Positions 9,588 through 18,855 of a DNA stretch of 64,000 bases are shown piece after piece; the first letter of the stretch is position 1; each line of letters begins with the position of its first letter. This stretch comes from an uncultured delta proteobacterium (lineage in GTDB: Bacteria; Desulfobacterota; Binatia; UBA9968): the NCBI GenBank assembly GCA_963771465.1, contig CAVYTU010000017.1:800001-864000 (forward strand), read 5' to 3'. The position numbers and the translations under genes were made by a program. The notes under the pieces were generated by a model, which was not told where the DNA came from, did no database searches, and saw only the letters and a list, made by a program, of their open reading frames with translations.

Positions 9588-9785
9588 AACTGACAGTCGA
9601 TCATCAGATCGGCAGCGGGAGAGAGTTTCGTCCTCCCGCCGCCGATCTCCATGTCTGGATCTACCGGAAGCAGTTTTCCAGAGTGTACCCAACAATAAAT
9701 CAGCACTGCGTGATCGGAAAAAATAAATAGGCACAAGAAAACTCCCTACGGTAGCCACGGGCCACGAGCATTCGAGATTTTACCG

Positions 9786-10937
9786 GTGATGGAAGTACAG
9801 ACTCACAGCGACGATGCGCCGGAAGTTTCATTGGAAACTGTCGGCGATGGCACGCTCGTCGTGCAACTGTCCGGTAGTTGGCGACTGCAAAACAACACTG
9901 CCTCTGCCAACCCGATCCAAAGCGCAATCGCGACCTCCCATATCCGACGGGTTCGCTTCGATACCAAAGCACTCTCATCGTGGGACAGCAGCATACTGAT
10001 GTTTTTGCTGAAAGTGACTGAGCTGTGCCGCCAACAGGACATTGTCACCGAGCGCGAAGGATTGCCGAACGGGATTCGGCGACTGCTCGAACTCGCCGAG
10101 ATAGTGCCGGAGCAAAAAGGAGCCAAACAGGCGACGGATCCGCCGTCTTTGTTGGCCCGGGTCGGTAACAGCTCGATCGCTTCTTACATCTCTTTGTCGG
10201 AGATGCTGCACTTTCTCGGCGAAGTGACGTTGGCGTTGGTCAAGCTCGTCAAGATGCGCGCGCGCTATCGAACCACCGATCTGTTCATGATTGTCCAAGA
10301 ATGCGGCCCGCAAGCTCTGCCCATCGTTACACTCATCAGCTTTCTAGTCGGTGCGATCTTGGCATTTGTCGGCGCGGTTCAGTTGCAGCAATTCGGCGCC
10401 CAGATTTATGTGGCGGACCTCGTGGCCATCGCCGTGGTTCGCGATATGGGCGCGATGATGACCGGGATCATCATGGCCGGTCGGACCGGCGCCGCGTTCG
10501 CGGCAAAGCTCGGCACGATGAAAGTGACCCAGGAAATCGACGCATTGATCACGCTGGGATTCTCGCCGCTGGAATTTCTTGTGCTGCCGCGCGTGATCGC
10601 GCTTTTCCTGATGATGCCTTTGTTGTGTCTGTACTCCAACCTGATGGGAATCTTGGGTGGCGCTGCGGTGGGCTTGTGGATGCTCGACCTTTCGTTGACC
10701 ACTTACTACCACCAGACCGTTAATGCAATTAGCTTAACGGCCCTGTTTGGCGGCGTCTTTAAAAGCGTAATTTACGGCGTGCTGATCGCCCTTTCGGGAT
10801 GTCTGCGCGGTATCCAGTGTGGTGCCAGCGCTGCGGCAGTCGGCGAGGCTACGACCTCCGCCGTGGTCACGAGCATCGTTTTTATCGTCGCCGCCTGCGG
10901 TGTCTTGTCCGTGATATTTCATATCATTGGGGTTTGA
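9786..10937 (+). CDS. mlaE: MlaE-family ABC permease with N-terminal STAS-like domain
   Basis: RDMGAMMTGIIMAGRTGAAFAAKLGTMKVTQEIDAL. Confidence 0.9.
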   Translation: MMEVQTHSDDAPEVSLETVGDGTLVVQLSGSWRLQNNTASANPIQSAIATSHIRRVRFDTKALSSWDSSILMFLLKVTELCRQQDIVTEREGLPNGIRRLLELAEIVPEQKGAKQATDPPSLLARVGNSSIASYISLSEMLHFLGEVTLALVKLVKMRARYRTTDLFMIVQECGPQALPIVTLISFLVGAILAFVGAVQLQQFGAQIYVADLVAIAVVRDMGAMMTGIIMAGRTGAAFAAKLGTMKVTQEIDALITLGFSPLEFLVLPRVIALFLMMPLLCLYSNLMGILGGAAVGLWMLDLSLTTYYHQTVNAISLTALFGGVFKSVIYGVLIALSGCLRGIQCGASAAAVGEATTSAVVTSIVFIVAACGVLSVIFHIIGV

Positions 10938-10938
10938 G

Positions 10939-11727
10939 ATGAACAGTGAAAGTCCAAACCAAATCGCAGCCGACGCGGCAATTACCGTGCGCAATCTTAC
11001 CCTTGGCTACGGCTCGGTCGTCTTGATGCGCGATCTCAACTTTACGGTCAAGCGGGGAGATGTGTTTATCATCATGGGCGGCAGTGGCTGCGGCAAGAGC
11101 ACGTTGCTGCGCAACATGATCGGTCTGATCGAACCGAGCGAGGGAGAGATCTTCTACGAAAAGGCGAATTTTACCCGCTCGGATGCCGAGGAGCGGCGCA
11201 GTTTTTTTCGTCGCTTTGGCGTCTTGTATCAGAGCGGTGGGCTGTGGAGCTCCTTGACTCTCGCCGAGAACGTCGCACTACCGCTGGAAGAATACACCGA
11301 TCTCGGTCCGAACGAGATTCGCGAGATCGCGGCATTCAAGCTCGCGCTGGTCGGTCTTAACGGCTTTGAAGACTATTACCCGTCGCAGATCAGCGGTGGC
11401 ATGCAGAAGCGCCTGGGATTGGCCCGCGCTATCGCGCTCGACCCCGAGGTGCTTTTCTTTGATGAACCTTCGGCCGGGCTCGATCCCATCAATTCGCGTC
11501 GGCTCGACGACCTGATCTTGGCGGTGCGCGACAGCTTGGGCACGACGGTGGTTGCGGTCACGCACGAGTTGCCAAGTATTTTTGCCATCGGTAATAACAG
11601 CATTTTTCTCGATGCTGAAACTAAAACTGCGATTGCCGGCGGTGATCCCAAGGAACTGCTCGCCCATTGCGAAAATGCCAAGGTGCGAGAATTTCTCACC
11701 CGAGGAGAAGGGCGGCCGGATGAGTAA
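10939..11727 (+). CDS. mlaF: MlaF-family ABC ATPase
   Basis: GGSGCGKS, SGGMQKR, FFDEPSAGLDP. Confidence 0.9.
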   Translation: MNSESPNQIAADAAITVRNLTLGYGSVVLMRDLNFTVKRGDVFIIMGGSGCGKSTLLRNMIGLIEPSEGEIFYEKANFTRSDAEERRSFFRRFGVLYQSGGLWSSLTLAENVALPLEEYTDLGPNEIREIAAFKLALVGLNGFEDYYPSQISGGMQKRLGLARAIALDPEVLFFDEPSAGLDPINSRRLDDLILAVRDSLGTTVVAVTHELPSIFAIGNNSIFLDAETKTAIAGGDPKELLAHCENAKVREFLTRGEGRPDE

Positions 11728-12721
11728 AAAAGCCAATCCGACGCTCATCGGTGCCTTCGTGGTCGGCGCCATCTTTTTGGTTGTCGGCGCGGTTACGATC
11801 CTGGGCTCGGGGCGGCTGTTCCACAAAACCTATGAGTTTGTCCTCTACTTCGAAGGCTCGGTAAGCGGCCTACGAGAAGGCGCGCCGGTGAAGTACAAGG
11901 GCGTCGAAATCGGCGCGGTTACCAAGATCGTACTGCAACTCGATAACGGTGCGGAGACTAATCGAATTCCGGTAATTATCAAACTCGATGCCAAAAAGAT
12001 CAGCGGCAGGGGAGTCGGCGGCAATTTGACAGATCCAGCCGGGCTCAAAGCGGCAATCGACCGGGGGCTGCGCGGGCAATTGCAGACCGAAAGTATCGTT
12101 ACCGGTGTGCTGTTCGTGGCGCTCGATCTTGATCCTGATAGCCCGGCTAAATTCGTTCAGTCAGCGGGCTCACGGTATCAGGAAATCCCGACGGTCTCGA
12201 CGACGCTGCAAAAAGCGCAAGATATCCTCGGCAAGCTGCTTGCCAAGCTCGATGATGTTGATTTCAAACAGTTACTCACCTCCATTACTGACGCGGTTAA
12301 AAATATCGAAGGGCTGGCGAATAACAAGGATCTGCGGGAAACCTTTGCCGGGGTCAATCAATTAGTCAATAAGCCTGAGTTGCATGCGGCCATCCGCTCT
12401 CTCGATCAAACGGTGGTGAAAATTTCTCAAGCCGCCGACGGCGTTCACACGGTTGCCGGAAGTTTAGATCGCGGCGTCGCTACGCTCTCGGCAGATTTGA
12501 AAGAGACGCTGACCGGCGTTCGTGATGCGGTCAAGCAGATCCAGGTCACGGTGGCAAACGTGGACGGCTTCGTCGACCCGAACTCGCCGACCGCTTATGA
12601 ATTGACCAAAGCTGTGAAAGAGTTTACCGGCGCGGCGCGGTCGCTCAGACTAATGGCCGATTTTATCGAACGGAATCCTCGGGCGCTCTTATTCGGTAGG
12701 GCGGAAAGCGAGAAAAAATAA
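11720..12721 (+). CDS. mlaD: MCE/MlaD (PqiB-like) protein
   Basis: FEGSVSGLREGAPVKYKGVEIG; C-terminal ERNPRALLFGR. Confidence 0.88.
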   Translation: MSKKANPTLIGAFVVGAIFLVVGAVTILGSGRLFHKTYEFVLYFEGSVSGLREGAPVKYKGVEIGAVTKIVLQLDNGAETNRIPVIIKLDAKKISGRGVGGNLTDPAGLKAAIDRGLRGQLQTESIVTGVLFVALDLDPDSPAKFVQSAGSRYQEIPTVSTTLQKAQDILGKLLAKLDDVDFKQLLTSITDAVKNIEGLANNKDLRETFAGVNQLVNKPELHAAIRSLDQTVVKISQAADGVHTVAGSLDRGVATLSADLKETLTGVRDAVKQIQVTVANVDGFVDPNSPTAYELTKAVKEFTGAARSLRLMADFIERNPRALLFGRAESEKK

Positions 12722-13353
12722 TGACTGGGGTGACGAGAAGGATTCTAGCAATCGTCGCGGTGTGGGTTTGGTTTGGCGGTTGTGCCACCTTCGCCCCGCG
12801 AGCCGATCCGTCAAGTTTCTATGTCCTTGACGCTCTACCCGAGGCAGACTTGCTGGTAGAGATTAGCACAGCCGGCGTCAATGCCAATTTTACCGTAGGC
12901 CTTGGCACCATTGAATTACCCGGTTACCTCGACCGCCAACAGATCGTCACCCGCACTTCCAACAATCGATTGAGCTATTCCGAGAACGACCGTTGGGCCA
13001 CGCCGTTAGCCGAAAACTTCAGTCGCGTTTTGGGGCAAAATATTTCGCATCTTCTTAAACCCGCGCAAATGATCCAGTTCCCCGGGCAAAGTACCGACGT
13101 ACCGGATTACCAGGTGAAAATAGAGGTGATCCAATTCGAGGCCAACAGCGATCAGCAGGTTTGGCTGATCGCGCGCTGGAGCGTGATCGACAGAAGCAAA
13201 AAAATTCTGGTCCACCAAAGATCGCAACTGAATCGGCGCGCCGGATCGTCAGCCACCGAAGATTTCGTGAAAGGGTTGAGTGCGACACTCGGGGATCTGA
13301 GCCGTGAAATCGTAAAAACTTTACTGTCTTTGGAGAAGCAGGATAAAACGTAG
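12721..13353 (+). CDS. pqiC: PqiC-family auxiliary lipoprotein
   Basis: Lipobox FGGC; LPGYLDRQQIV...RWATPL. Confidence 0.85.
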   Translation: MTGVTRRILAIVAVWVWFGGCATFAPRADPSSFYVLDALPEADLLVEISTAGVNANFTVGLGTIELPGYLDRQQIVTRTSNNRLSYSENDRWATPLAENFSRVLGQNISHLLKPAQMIQFPGQSTDVPDYQVKIEVIQFEANSDQQVWLIARWSVIDRSKKILVHQRSQLNRRAGSSATEDFVKGLSATLGDLSREIVKTLLSLEKQDKT

Positions 13354-13513
13354 ATCCCCACCCGTTCTCTTCGGAAGTCTACGGTTGCGTATAGCGCACT
13401 TTTTTTCTCGACTTGTCTCGTATTGAACAGCAAAGTTTAGCGAGCCTTTATACGCTCATGGTCGGGAAAAATCGGAACGATTCAGTATAAGTAATAATCA
13501 AGGAGAAATCGCC

Positions 13514-13687
13514 ATGTCATTTGGAATCTATCTCGTCGGATACATCATACTGATCGCTGGGCTGGCGATCGGAGCCAATCTACTCAACGTGCCGATGCAG
13601 TGGATCGGCGTGGCCATTCTCTGTATGGTCGGCATAGCAATCGTCCATGGCGTGACGGCGACCCGACAAAAGGATCCTCAGTCGTAG
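13514..13687 (+). CDS. Small two-TM membrane protein (57 aa)
   Basis: RBS AAGGAG; MSFGIYLVGYIILIAGLAIGANLLNVPMQWIGVAILCMVGIAIVHGVTATRQKDPQS. Confidence 0.75.
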   Translation: MSFGIYLVGYIILIAGLAIGANLLNVPMQWIGVAILCMVGIAIVHGVTATRQKDPQS

Positions 13688-13798
13688 ATGTAGCAGGATC
13701 TCATTCCGGGCGACTTAGCGACGAGCAGTGGCGGTTAACCTATATGTTTTGCTTGAGGGAAGACCTAAGGCAAAGCTAGCCAATGTATTTACCGTTCC

Positions 13799-14359
13799 CT
13801 ATTGACCCGATGGCAGATCGAGTCGAACAGTGGCGGTGCCCGATTCTTTCATCTCCAATACTTTTGCCGCTGCCTGCGATAGATCGATGATCCGATTACC
13901 GGCAAAAGGTCCGCGATCGGTAATCTCTACTTCCACTGATTTTCCGTTGGCTAGATTGGTAACTTTTATTTTGCTACCGAAGGGTAGGCTTGGATGCGCG
14001 GCTGTGAGTCCAGCTTGATCATAGATAGATCCGCTAGCCGTCTGTTTGCCTTGATGTTGCGCTCCATACCACGAAGCTTCCCCGGTTTGTGGCAGTTTCG
14101 CGGGGACAGTGGGACTTGTTTTAGCCGTCGGTTGAACTGGCGCAACCGGGCTCGGCGCAGGTTGGACACCGCCTGAAGACTTGGGAGCGGCCGGTTGCGC
14201 CGGGGTTTCGCTCGGCGCGGCGGTTTCCGCCGGACGTTGCAGCAATGCGCAGCCGTGAAAAAGTAGCACACCAAAGCAGAGCGCTAACCGGCTCAGGCGC
14301 CGTCCGTAACAACCACAAAGCAGCGATCTGATTAGCGACAAATATTTAGATTTCGCCAT
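13799..14359 (-). CDS. rlpA: RlpA-family lytic transglycosylase lipoprotein
   Basis: GEASWYG, TAAHPSLPFG, DRGPF, IIDLS. Confidence 0.9.
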   Translation of the reverse strand: MAKSKYLSLIRSLLCGCYGRRLSRLALCFGVLLFHGCALLQRPAETAAPSETPAQPAAPKSSGGVQPAPSPVAPVQPTAKTSPTVPAKLPQTGEASWYGAQHQGKQTASGSIYDQAGLTAAHPSLPFGSKIKVTNLANGKSVEVEITDRGPFAGNRIIDLSQAAAKVLEMKESGTATVRLDLPSGQ

Positions 14360-14610
14360 CGGTTTGTATCCTCTCCTGCTAGCGAGGTTATGCGTGCGGG
14401 ATGAGAAAATTTCTCACTCGTATTATGGCATTTTGCCGCGCTTAACAAGGGAAACTGTGCAATCGGCAGGAGGGGTGGCAGTAGATTATTTTTCACCTTC
14501 GTTCAGTATTAGACAGCAACACCCGCCGAGTGAGCGCAGGATGAATCTCGATAGACTCTGGGGATTCAGCCTCAGAGTACATTTGGCGCAAAAGAGAGAA
14601 GGATAAACAT

Positions 14611-14961
14611 ATGTTGGTATTACTCGTGGCAGTTATTTCCGGGATCGCGATCGCTTACTTTGGAATGCAAAACATTGCGCCGGTTACGATCCGACTCAAT
14701 GAATTTGTCTGGAATGATGTCCCGCTCTATCTGGTCATCGTCGGGTCGTTGTTTGTCGGCCTTTTCATCGCATGGATTCTCTATTTTGCTAGATCGGTTT
14801 CCTCGACGCTGACGATCTATGGAAAAGATCGCGCGATGAAAAAAGCCAAACATACGATGGCCGATCTGGAACATCGGGTGCACGAACTCGAAGCCGAAAA
14901 GGCGCAACTAAAAAAGGAACTCTCATCTCCGTCTGAAATTCCGCACCATACACTGAGGTAA
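14611..14961 (+). CDS. LapA/DUF1049 family membrane protein
   Basis: YFGMQN..VTI...VPLYLVIVGSLFVG followed by coiled coil. Confidence 0.75.
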   Translation: MLVLLVAVISGIAIAYFGMQNIAPVTIRLNEFVWNDVPLYLVIVGSLFVGLFIAWILYFARSVSSTLTIYGKDRAMKKAKHTMADLEHRVHELEAEKAQLKKELSSPSEIPHHTLR

Positions 14962-15186
14962 TATTAAGTTGGTCAACCGGTCGCCGTTGTGTCGAGTCCG
15001 TCCGACGGTCGGTGCCGTTAAGAGATATAGCCGCGATCAAGCACCGGCATACTCGCTAAAATTTTTTTTGCAAAAGTTGCCATGCGCGAAACCAGCGCAA
15101 AAGTCTTTACAACGCCCCCTATTCAGATCCTATACGGCAAACGCATTATGCAAGAAAAAACAGTCGCAGGAACTAAATAGTCTCGT

Positions 15187-15310
15187 TCGACCGTTTGGTC
15201 GAAACTCTCGACGCTTTTGCCGAGCCACGTCTATTGTCCGTCCTGAAGGCCTAAAAATCTAATGGAAATCCAGTGCGTTTCTTTCCAAAGGGTCTGGCAC
15301 ACAACCTGCT
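15187..15310 (+). promoter_or_regulatory. Tandem-palindrome enhancer (15187-15223) plus sigma-54 promoter (GG 15296, GC 15308)
   Basis: TCGACCgtttGGTCGA-aactc-TCGACGctttTGCCGA; TGGCACacaacCTGCT 109 bp downstream. Confidence 0.78.
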
Positions 15311-15326
15311 GTTACATAGAACTACA

Positions 15327-15575
15327 ATGAAAACCGGCGATTCACTTCGAACTACAATGCCTATTCGGTCGCGGAATACAGGTGTTGTTTTGCCGCGACA
15401 AGGGACATTCATTAGGGACGTCGAAAATTTGGGACGCAAACTGATTCTGGTTGATTTCGGTTCGGCAGGGGAAGAGTACTTACTTCCGAACGAAATATTG
15501 GACGAGCCACGAAGCGTGGAATCGGTAGCCGGGCTTCGGTTGGGAATGCCAAGAGGTTTGAACCCATTGGGTTAA
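15327..15575 (+). CDS. Hypothetical small beta-rich protein
   Basis: First ATG after the sigma-54 promoter; ENLGRKLILVDFG...EYLLPNEI. Confidence 0.55.
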   Translation: MKTGDSLRTTMPIRSRNTGVVLPRQGTFIRDVENLGRKLILVDFGSAGEEYLLPNEILDEPRSVESVAGLRLGMPRGLNPLG

Positions 15576-15609
15576 GAGTGACATGGAGAGAAGCAAACGG
15601 AGTAAAAAT

Positions 15610-15750
15610 ATGAATTGTCCGCGCTGCGAAAAATACATTGTGCCTGAGTTTTATTGCATAAACTGTGGCTACGTGCCGCCAAGGATGCAGTACCCCGATC
15701 CGAATAATATCGCTGAACTTGAGATCCCAATGAGCCTCAGCGGACGGTAA
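15610..15750 (+). CDS. Small zinc-ribbon peptide (46 aa)
   Basis: MNCPRCEKYIVPEFYCINCGY...; CxxC-x9-CxxC; RBS GGAG. Confidence 0.55.
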   Translation: MNCPRCEKYIVPEFYCINCGYVPPRMQYPDPNNIAELEIPMSLSGR

Positions 15751-15849
15751 GACATCAAGCTAAGCCTCTCACCTGCGCTTTCTCTGATTAATGTTACGGG
15801 CGTCTGGCTCAAGGTAAATCCGATCAGGCGAAAGAAAGGAGAAACTAAC

Positions 15850-15924
15850 ATGAACAGTATTGTCTATATAGTTGGTCTTGTTGTCGTAGTGCTTTTCGTT
15901 GCCGGCTTTCTTGGACTGAGGTAG
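15850..15924 (+). CDS. 24-aa single-TM microprotein
   Basis: RBS AAGGAG; MNSIVYIVGLVVVVLFVAGFLGLR*. Confidence 0.65.
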   Translation: MNSIVYIVGLVVVVLFVAGFLGLR

Positions 15925-16081
15925 CCCCGGGGCCTCGCGAATCACGCGGAACTTCACCGATAGTTTTATTTACACCTTTCTAATACTGGACCGCGAGTGG
16001 AAAAACCGCCAGCTAGCACGGAGCTGGAACGGGATTTCATTTTGGCGGATCTACAAAGCGCAGTCGAGGAGGACTACGGTC

Positions 16082-16561
16082 ATGACGATTTCCACAAATG
16101 AAGACGTGATTGCCGGAGACGACCTTACCGTTCATGGAAAAAAGCAGCTTCATACCGACGACATCGCCGGCACGGCGAAGCCGGCTCCCGAAAAATTCAT
16201 CGAGGCGAAACGTAGCGATGGTAACGTTAACACTAAAGTAGATCTCGAACCGCTTTTCGCTGACGGTGTCGACCGGGATTTTCGCAATCGATGGCGCGAT
16301 ATTCAGTCGGGTTTCGTTGACGAGCCGCGCGCGGCCGTAGAGCAGGCCGATCAACTGGTGGCGCAGTTAATGCAGAGATTGGCGCAAAGCTTTTCGGAGC
16401 AGAGAAGCAACCTGGAAAAACAGTGGGAAGCGGCCGAGAAAGTTTCCACTGAAGAGCTGCGGGTAGGGTTCACTCGATATCGCTCTTTTTTTGAACGTCT
16501 CCTTTCTATCAACGGGGCTGACGGGGCAACCACGGCAATTCCTCGCGCGTCAACAGCATAA
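16082..16561 (+). CDS. Conserved hypothetical protein (FVDEP motif)
   Basis: RWRDIQSGFVDEPRAAVEQADQLV...TEELRVGFTRYRSFFERLL. Confidence 0.75.
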   Translation: MTISTNEDVIAGDDLTVHGKKQLHTDDIAGTAKPAPEKFIEAKRSDGNVNTKVDLEPLFADGVDRDFRNRWRDIQSGFVDEPRAAVEQADQLVAQLMQRLAQSFSEQRSNLEKQWEAAEKVSTEELRVGFTRYRSFFERLLSINGADGATTAIPRASTA

Positions 16562-16785
16562 CTTTAAAATCCAATGCAACGCCGGCGCGATGCCACTGGT
16601 CGCGACGCCTCTGCACGGAAGGAAAGGCCGCTTAATAAATGTTTTAAGGACCGTTCACTATTGGACAGCAGTGTCTGCCGAATCGGCGTATCTCATCGAA
16701 CAACTGGTGCGCCTAGGGCAGGGACAAATTCGCATGAGTTTGTTTCGAGGATTAACGAGCTATCAGATTCGATACGGAGGTACAG

Positions 16786-17376
16786 ATGGAAACGTTAGAT
16801 ACCCAAACATGGATTATACTTGCTGCGGTTGTAGTCCTTGCATTGGTTGCCCTTGGGGCGTGGATTTTCTACCAAAAAAATCAATCCCACAAGCTCCAAG
16901 ATCGATTCGGGCCGGAGTATGGCCGAACCGTGAATGAATTGGGCAGTCGAACCAAAGCAGAGTCGGAACTTAAGGCGCGCGAAAAGCGCGTCGAGCGGCT
17001 CGAAATCATTGCGCTCGCGCCATCGGAAGCCGCCAGATTCACCGAGGCCTGGCAAGCATTACAGGGCCGATTCGTCGACAACCCCAAGGGAGTGGTTGTC
17101 CAAGCCGAACAGCTGGTTCGTGAGCTGATGGAAAAGCGCGGTTACCCCATGGGTGATTTTGAGCGCCGTGCGGGCGATATTTCGGTCGACCATCCCGACG
17201 TTGTGGCCAATTACCGATTGGCGCAGGCCATCGCTGTGCGCGATCGTCAGGGCACGGCGGACACCGAGGAGCTGCGCAAAGCGGTCGTGCATTACCGTGC
17301 GCTCTTCGATGAGCTGCTCGAGGTGAGGGCGGCGAAGCAAGAAATTATCGTCGAGAAACGCGTTGCGGCGCGCTGA
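16786..17376 (+). CDS. Membrane-anchored hypothetical protein (FVDNP motif)
   Basis: N-terminal TM; RFGPEY; WQALQGRFVDNP; TEELRKAVVHYRALFDELL. Confidence 0.8.
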   Translation: METLDTQTWIILAAVVVLALVALGAWIFYQKNQSHKLQDRFGPEYGRTVNELGSRTKAESELKAREKRVERLEIIALAPSEAARFTEAWQALQGRFVDNPKGVVVQAEQLVRELMEKRGYPMGDFERRAGDISVDHPDVVANYRLAQAIAVRDRQGTADTEELRKAVVHYRALFDELLEVRAAKQEIIVEKRVAAR

Positions 17377-17403
17377 AAAAAGCAGCCTGGTTAGGAGAAT
17401 CCC

Positions 17404-17619
17404 ATGGAACGAACGTACAAGAAAATTGAAATCGTCGGCATGTCTGAGACCAGCTTCGGCGAGGCCACTCAAAACGCTGTGGCGAAGGCCTGTCAGTCGC
17501 TACGCCACGTCGACTGGTTCGAAGTGACCGAAATGCGCGGGCTGGTTGAGAAAGACAAAGTCAAAGAATTCCAGGTCACCGTGAAGATCGGGTTTCGCCT
17601 GGAAGACCAGCCGGCATGA
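17404..17619 (+). CDS. Dodecin (flavin-binding)
   Basis: TYKKIEIVG...WFEV...EFQVTVKIGFRL. Confidence 0.92.
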   Translation: MERTYKKIEIVGMSETSFGEATQNAVAKACQSLRHVDWFEVTEMRGLVEKDKVKEFQVTVKIGFRLEDQPA

Positions 17620-17668
17620 ACCGCAGATGACGAAACTACGAAAAACCGTCGAGAACGCCTGCGCCAGA

Positions 17669-17792
17669 CCGACCGTTTGGTCGACGTCTTCGACGCTTTC
17701 GCCGGGTGGGTTCGCGGATTACCGCAATCCGTTGGGGAATGTTTGGCGAAAATCGCCTTTGTCCGGCGCCAAGGCGCGGCATAACAGTTGCG
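17669..17792 (+). promoter_or_regulatory. Tandem-palindrome enhancer (17669-17705) plus sigma-54 promoter (GG 17778, GC 17790)
   Basis: CCGACCgtttGGTCGA-cgtct-TCGACGctttCGCCGG; CGGCATaacagTTGCG 109 bp downstream. Confidence 0.75.
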
Positions 17793-17835
17793 CTGGAAAC
17801 GACCTAGTTTAAAACTTTAGTGGAGGAAAAAAGTT

Positions 17836-18723
17836 ATGAAAAGATTACGATCAGTTCTATCGCCGATGATTACGGCAGCGGGTATTGTCGCGCTGTCGGG
17901 TGTCGGCTTGGCTCAAACACCGAGTGATTCCCACCGTGCTGCGGCTGCCAGGGCGCATGAAATTATGTCCAGCGCGCCTTGCCCGCTACCCAGGGTCACC
18001 AAGGATAAAATAACCGAGGACCAAGCGCGGGATTTGGCCCAAGGTTTTGCGGACAAAAACATGACCGGCTTTAAAGTAGTGCGGCCGTCGGTTACGGCGG
18101 CGGCTACAACACGATGTGCTACCAGACAGTCAGCGGCGCTCCCGCACGGCCTCTGGTGTTATACTCGGTTGAGTATTCCATCGATCTAAAAAACCCAGCC
18201 GGTGAAACGCGCAATCTCTGCGTCGATCAGTACGGCACGACAAGCGAGTATTGCAGCGATTTCGGCTTCGCCGGAGCAAACGGCCCAGCTGGCCCCATGG
18301 GCCCAGCCGGCCCGATGGGTGCGCAAGGTCCAGCCGGACCAGCGGGCACGCAGACGGCGGCGGTAAAGAACTGGTCTTCGTTCAGGGATTTCCTGTTCGA
18401 TTTCGATAAGTCGGCGATTCGCTCTAACGAGACGAGCCATGTAACTGACATCGCGGCGCTACCTAAAGCAGAATCCGAGCGCCCGGGTGGGCATCGACGG
18501 CCACACCGATCCGCGCGGAACAGACGCTTACAATCAAGGCCTGAGTGAGCGTCGCGTCAACAACATTAGTGATGCGCTCGTTGCCGCTGGAGTGACGAAT
18601 GCTAGGATCCTTACCGGCGCTTTCGGTGAGTCGCGGCCCAAATGCAATGAATCCACTGAGCCTTGCTGGCAGCGCGACCGCCGCGTCGAGGTGCTGATCG
18701 GCACCGACACAGCGAGCAGATAA
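17836..18723 (+). CDS. Secreted OmpA-C domain protein with collagen-like linker (frameshifts near 18090 and 18460)
   Basis: Signal peptide; (G-X-Y)10; FDFDKS, DGHTDPRGTDAYNQGLSERR, RDRRVEV. Confidence 0.8.
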
Positions 18724-18778
18724 CCGGCAAGATCGATCATTCTGGCTGAGCAACTCTTGCAGCCAGAGAGGTAAATCG

Positions 18779-18818
18779 ACAACGACCCCTGGGACCAACC
18801 GGCCCCGGGGGTCGTTGT
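18779..18818 (+). terminator. GC-rich stem-loop between the OmpA and kinase genes
   Basis: ACAACGACCCC...GGGGTCGTTGT. Confidence 0.55.
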
Positions 18819-18855
18819 GCGTCAGCTGCAAATCGTGCCTATGATACTTGCATCC

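Noticed and set aside
14978-15017. TCGCC/GTCGA-containing stretch resembling the enhancer
   Set aside because: Wrong internal spacing and no sigma-54 promoter about 110 bp downstream.
15319-15359. 11-bp direct repeat GAACTACAATG
   Set aside because: Too short and only two copies; no supportable function.
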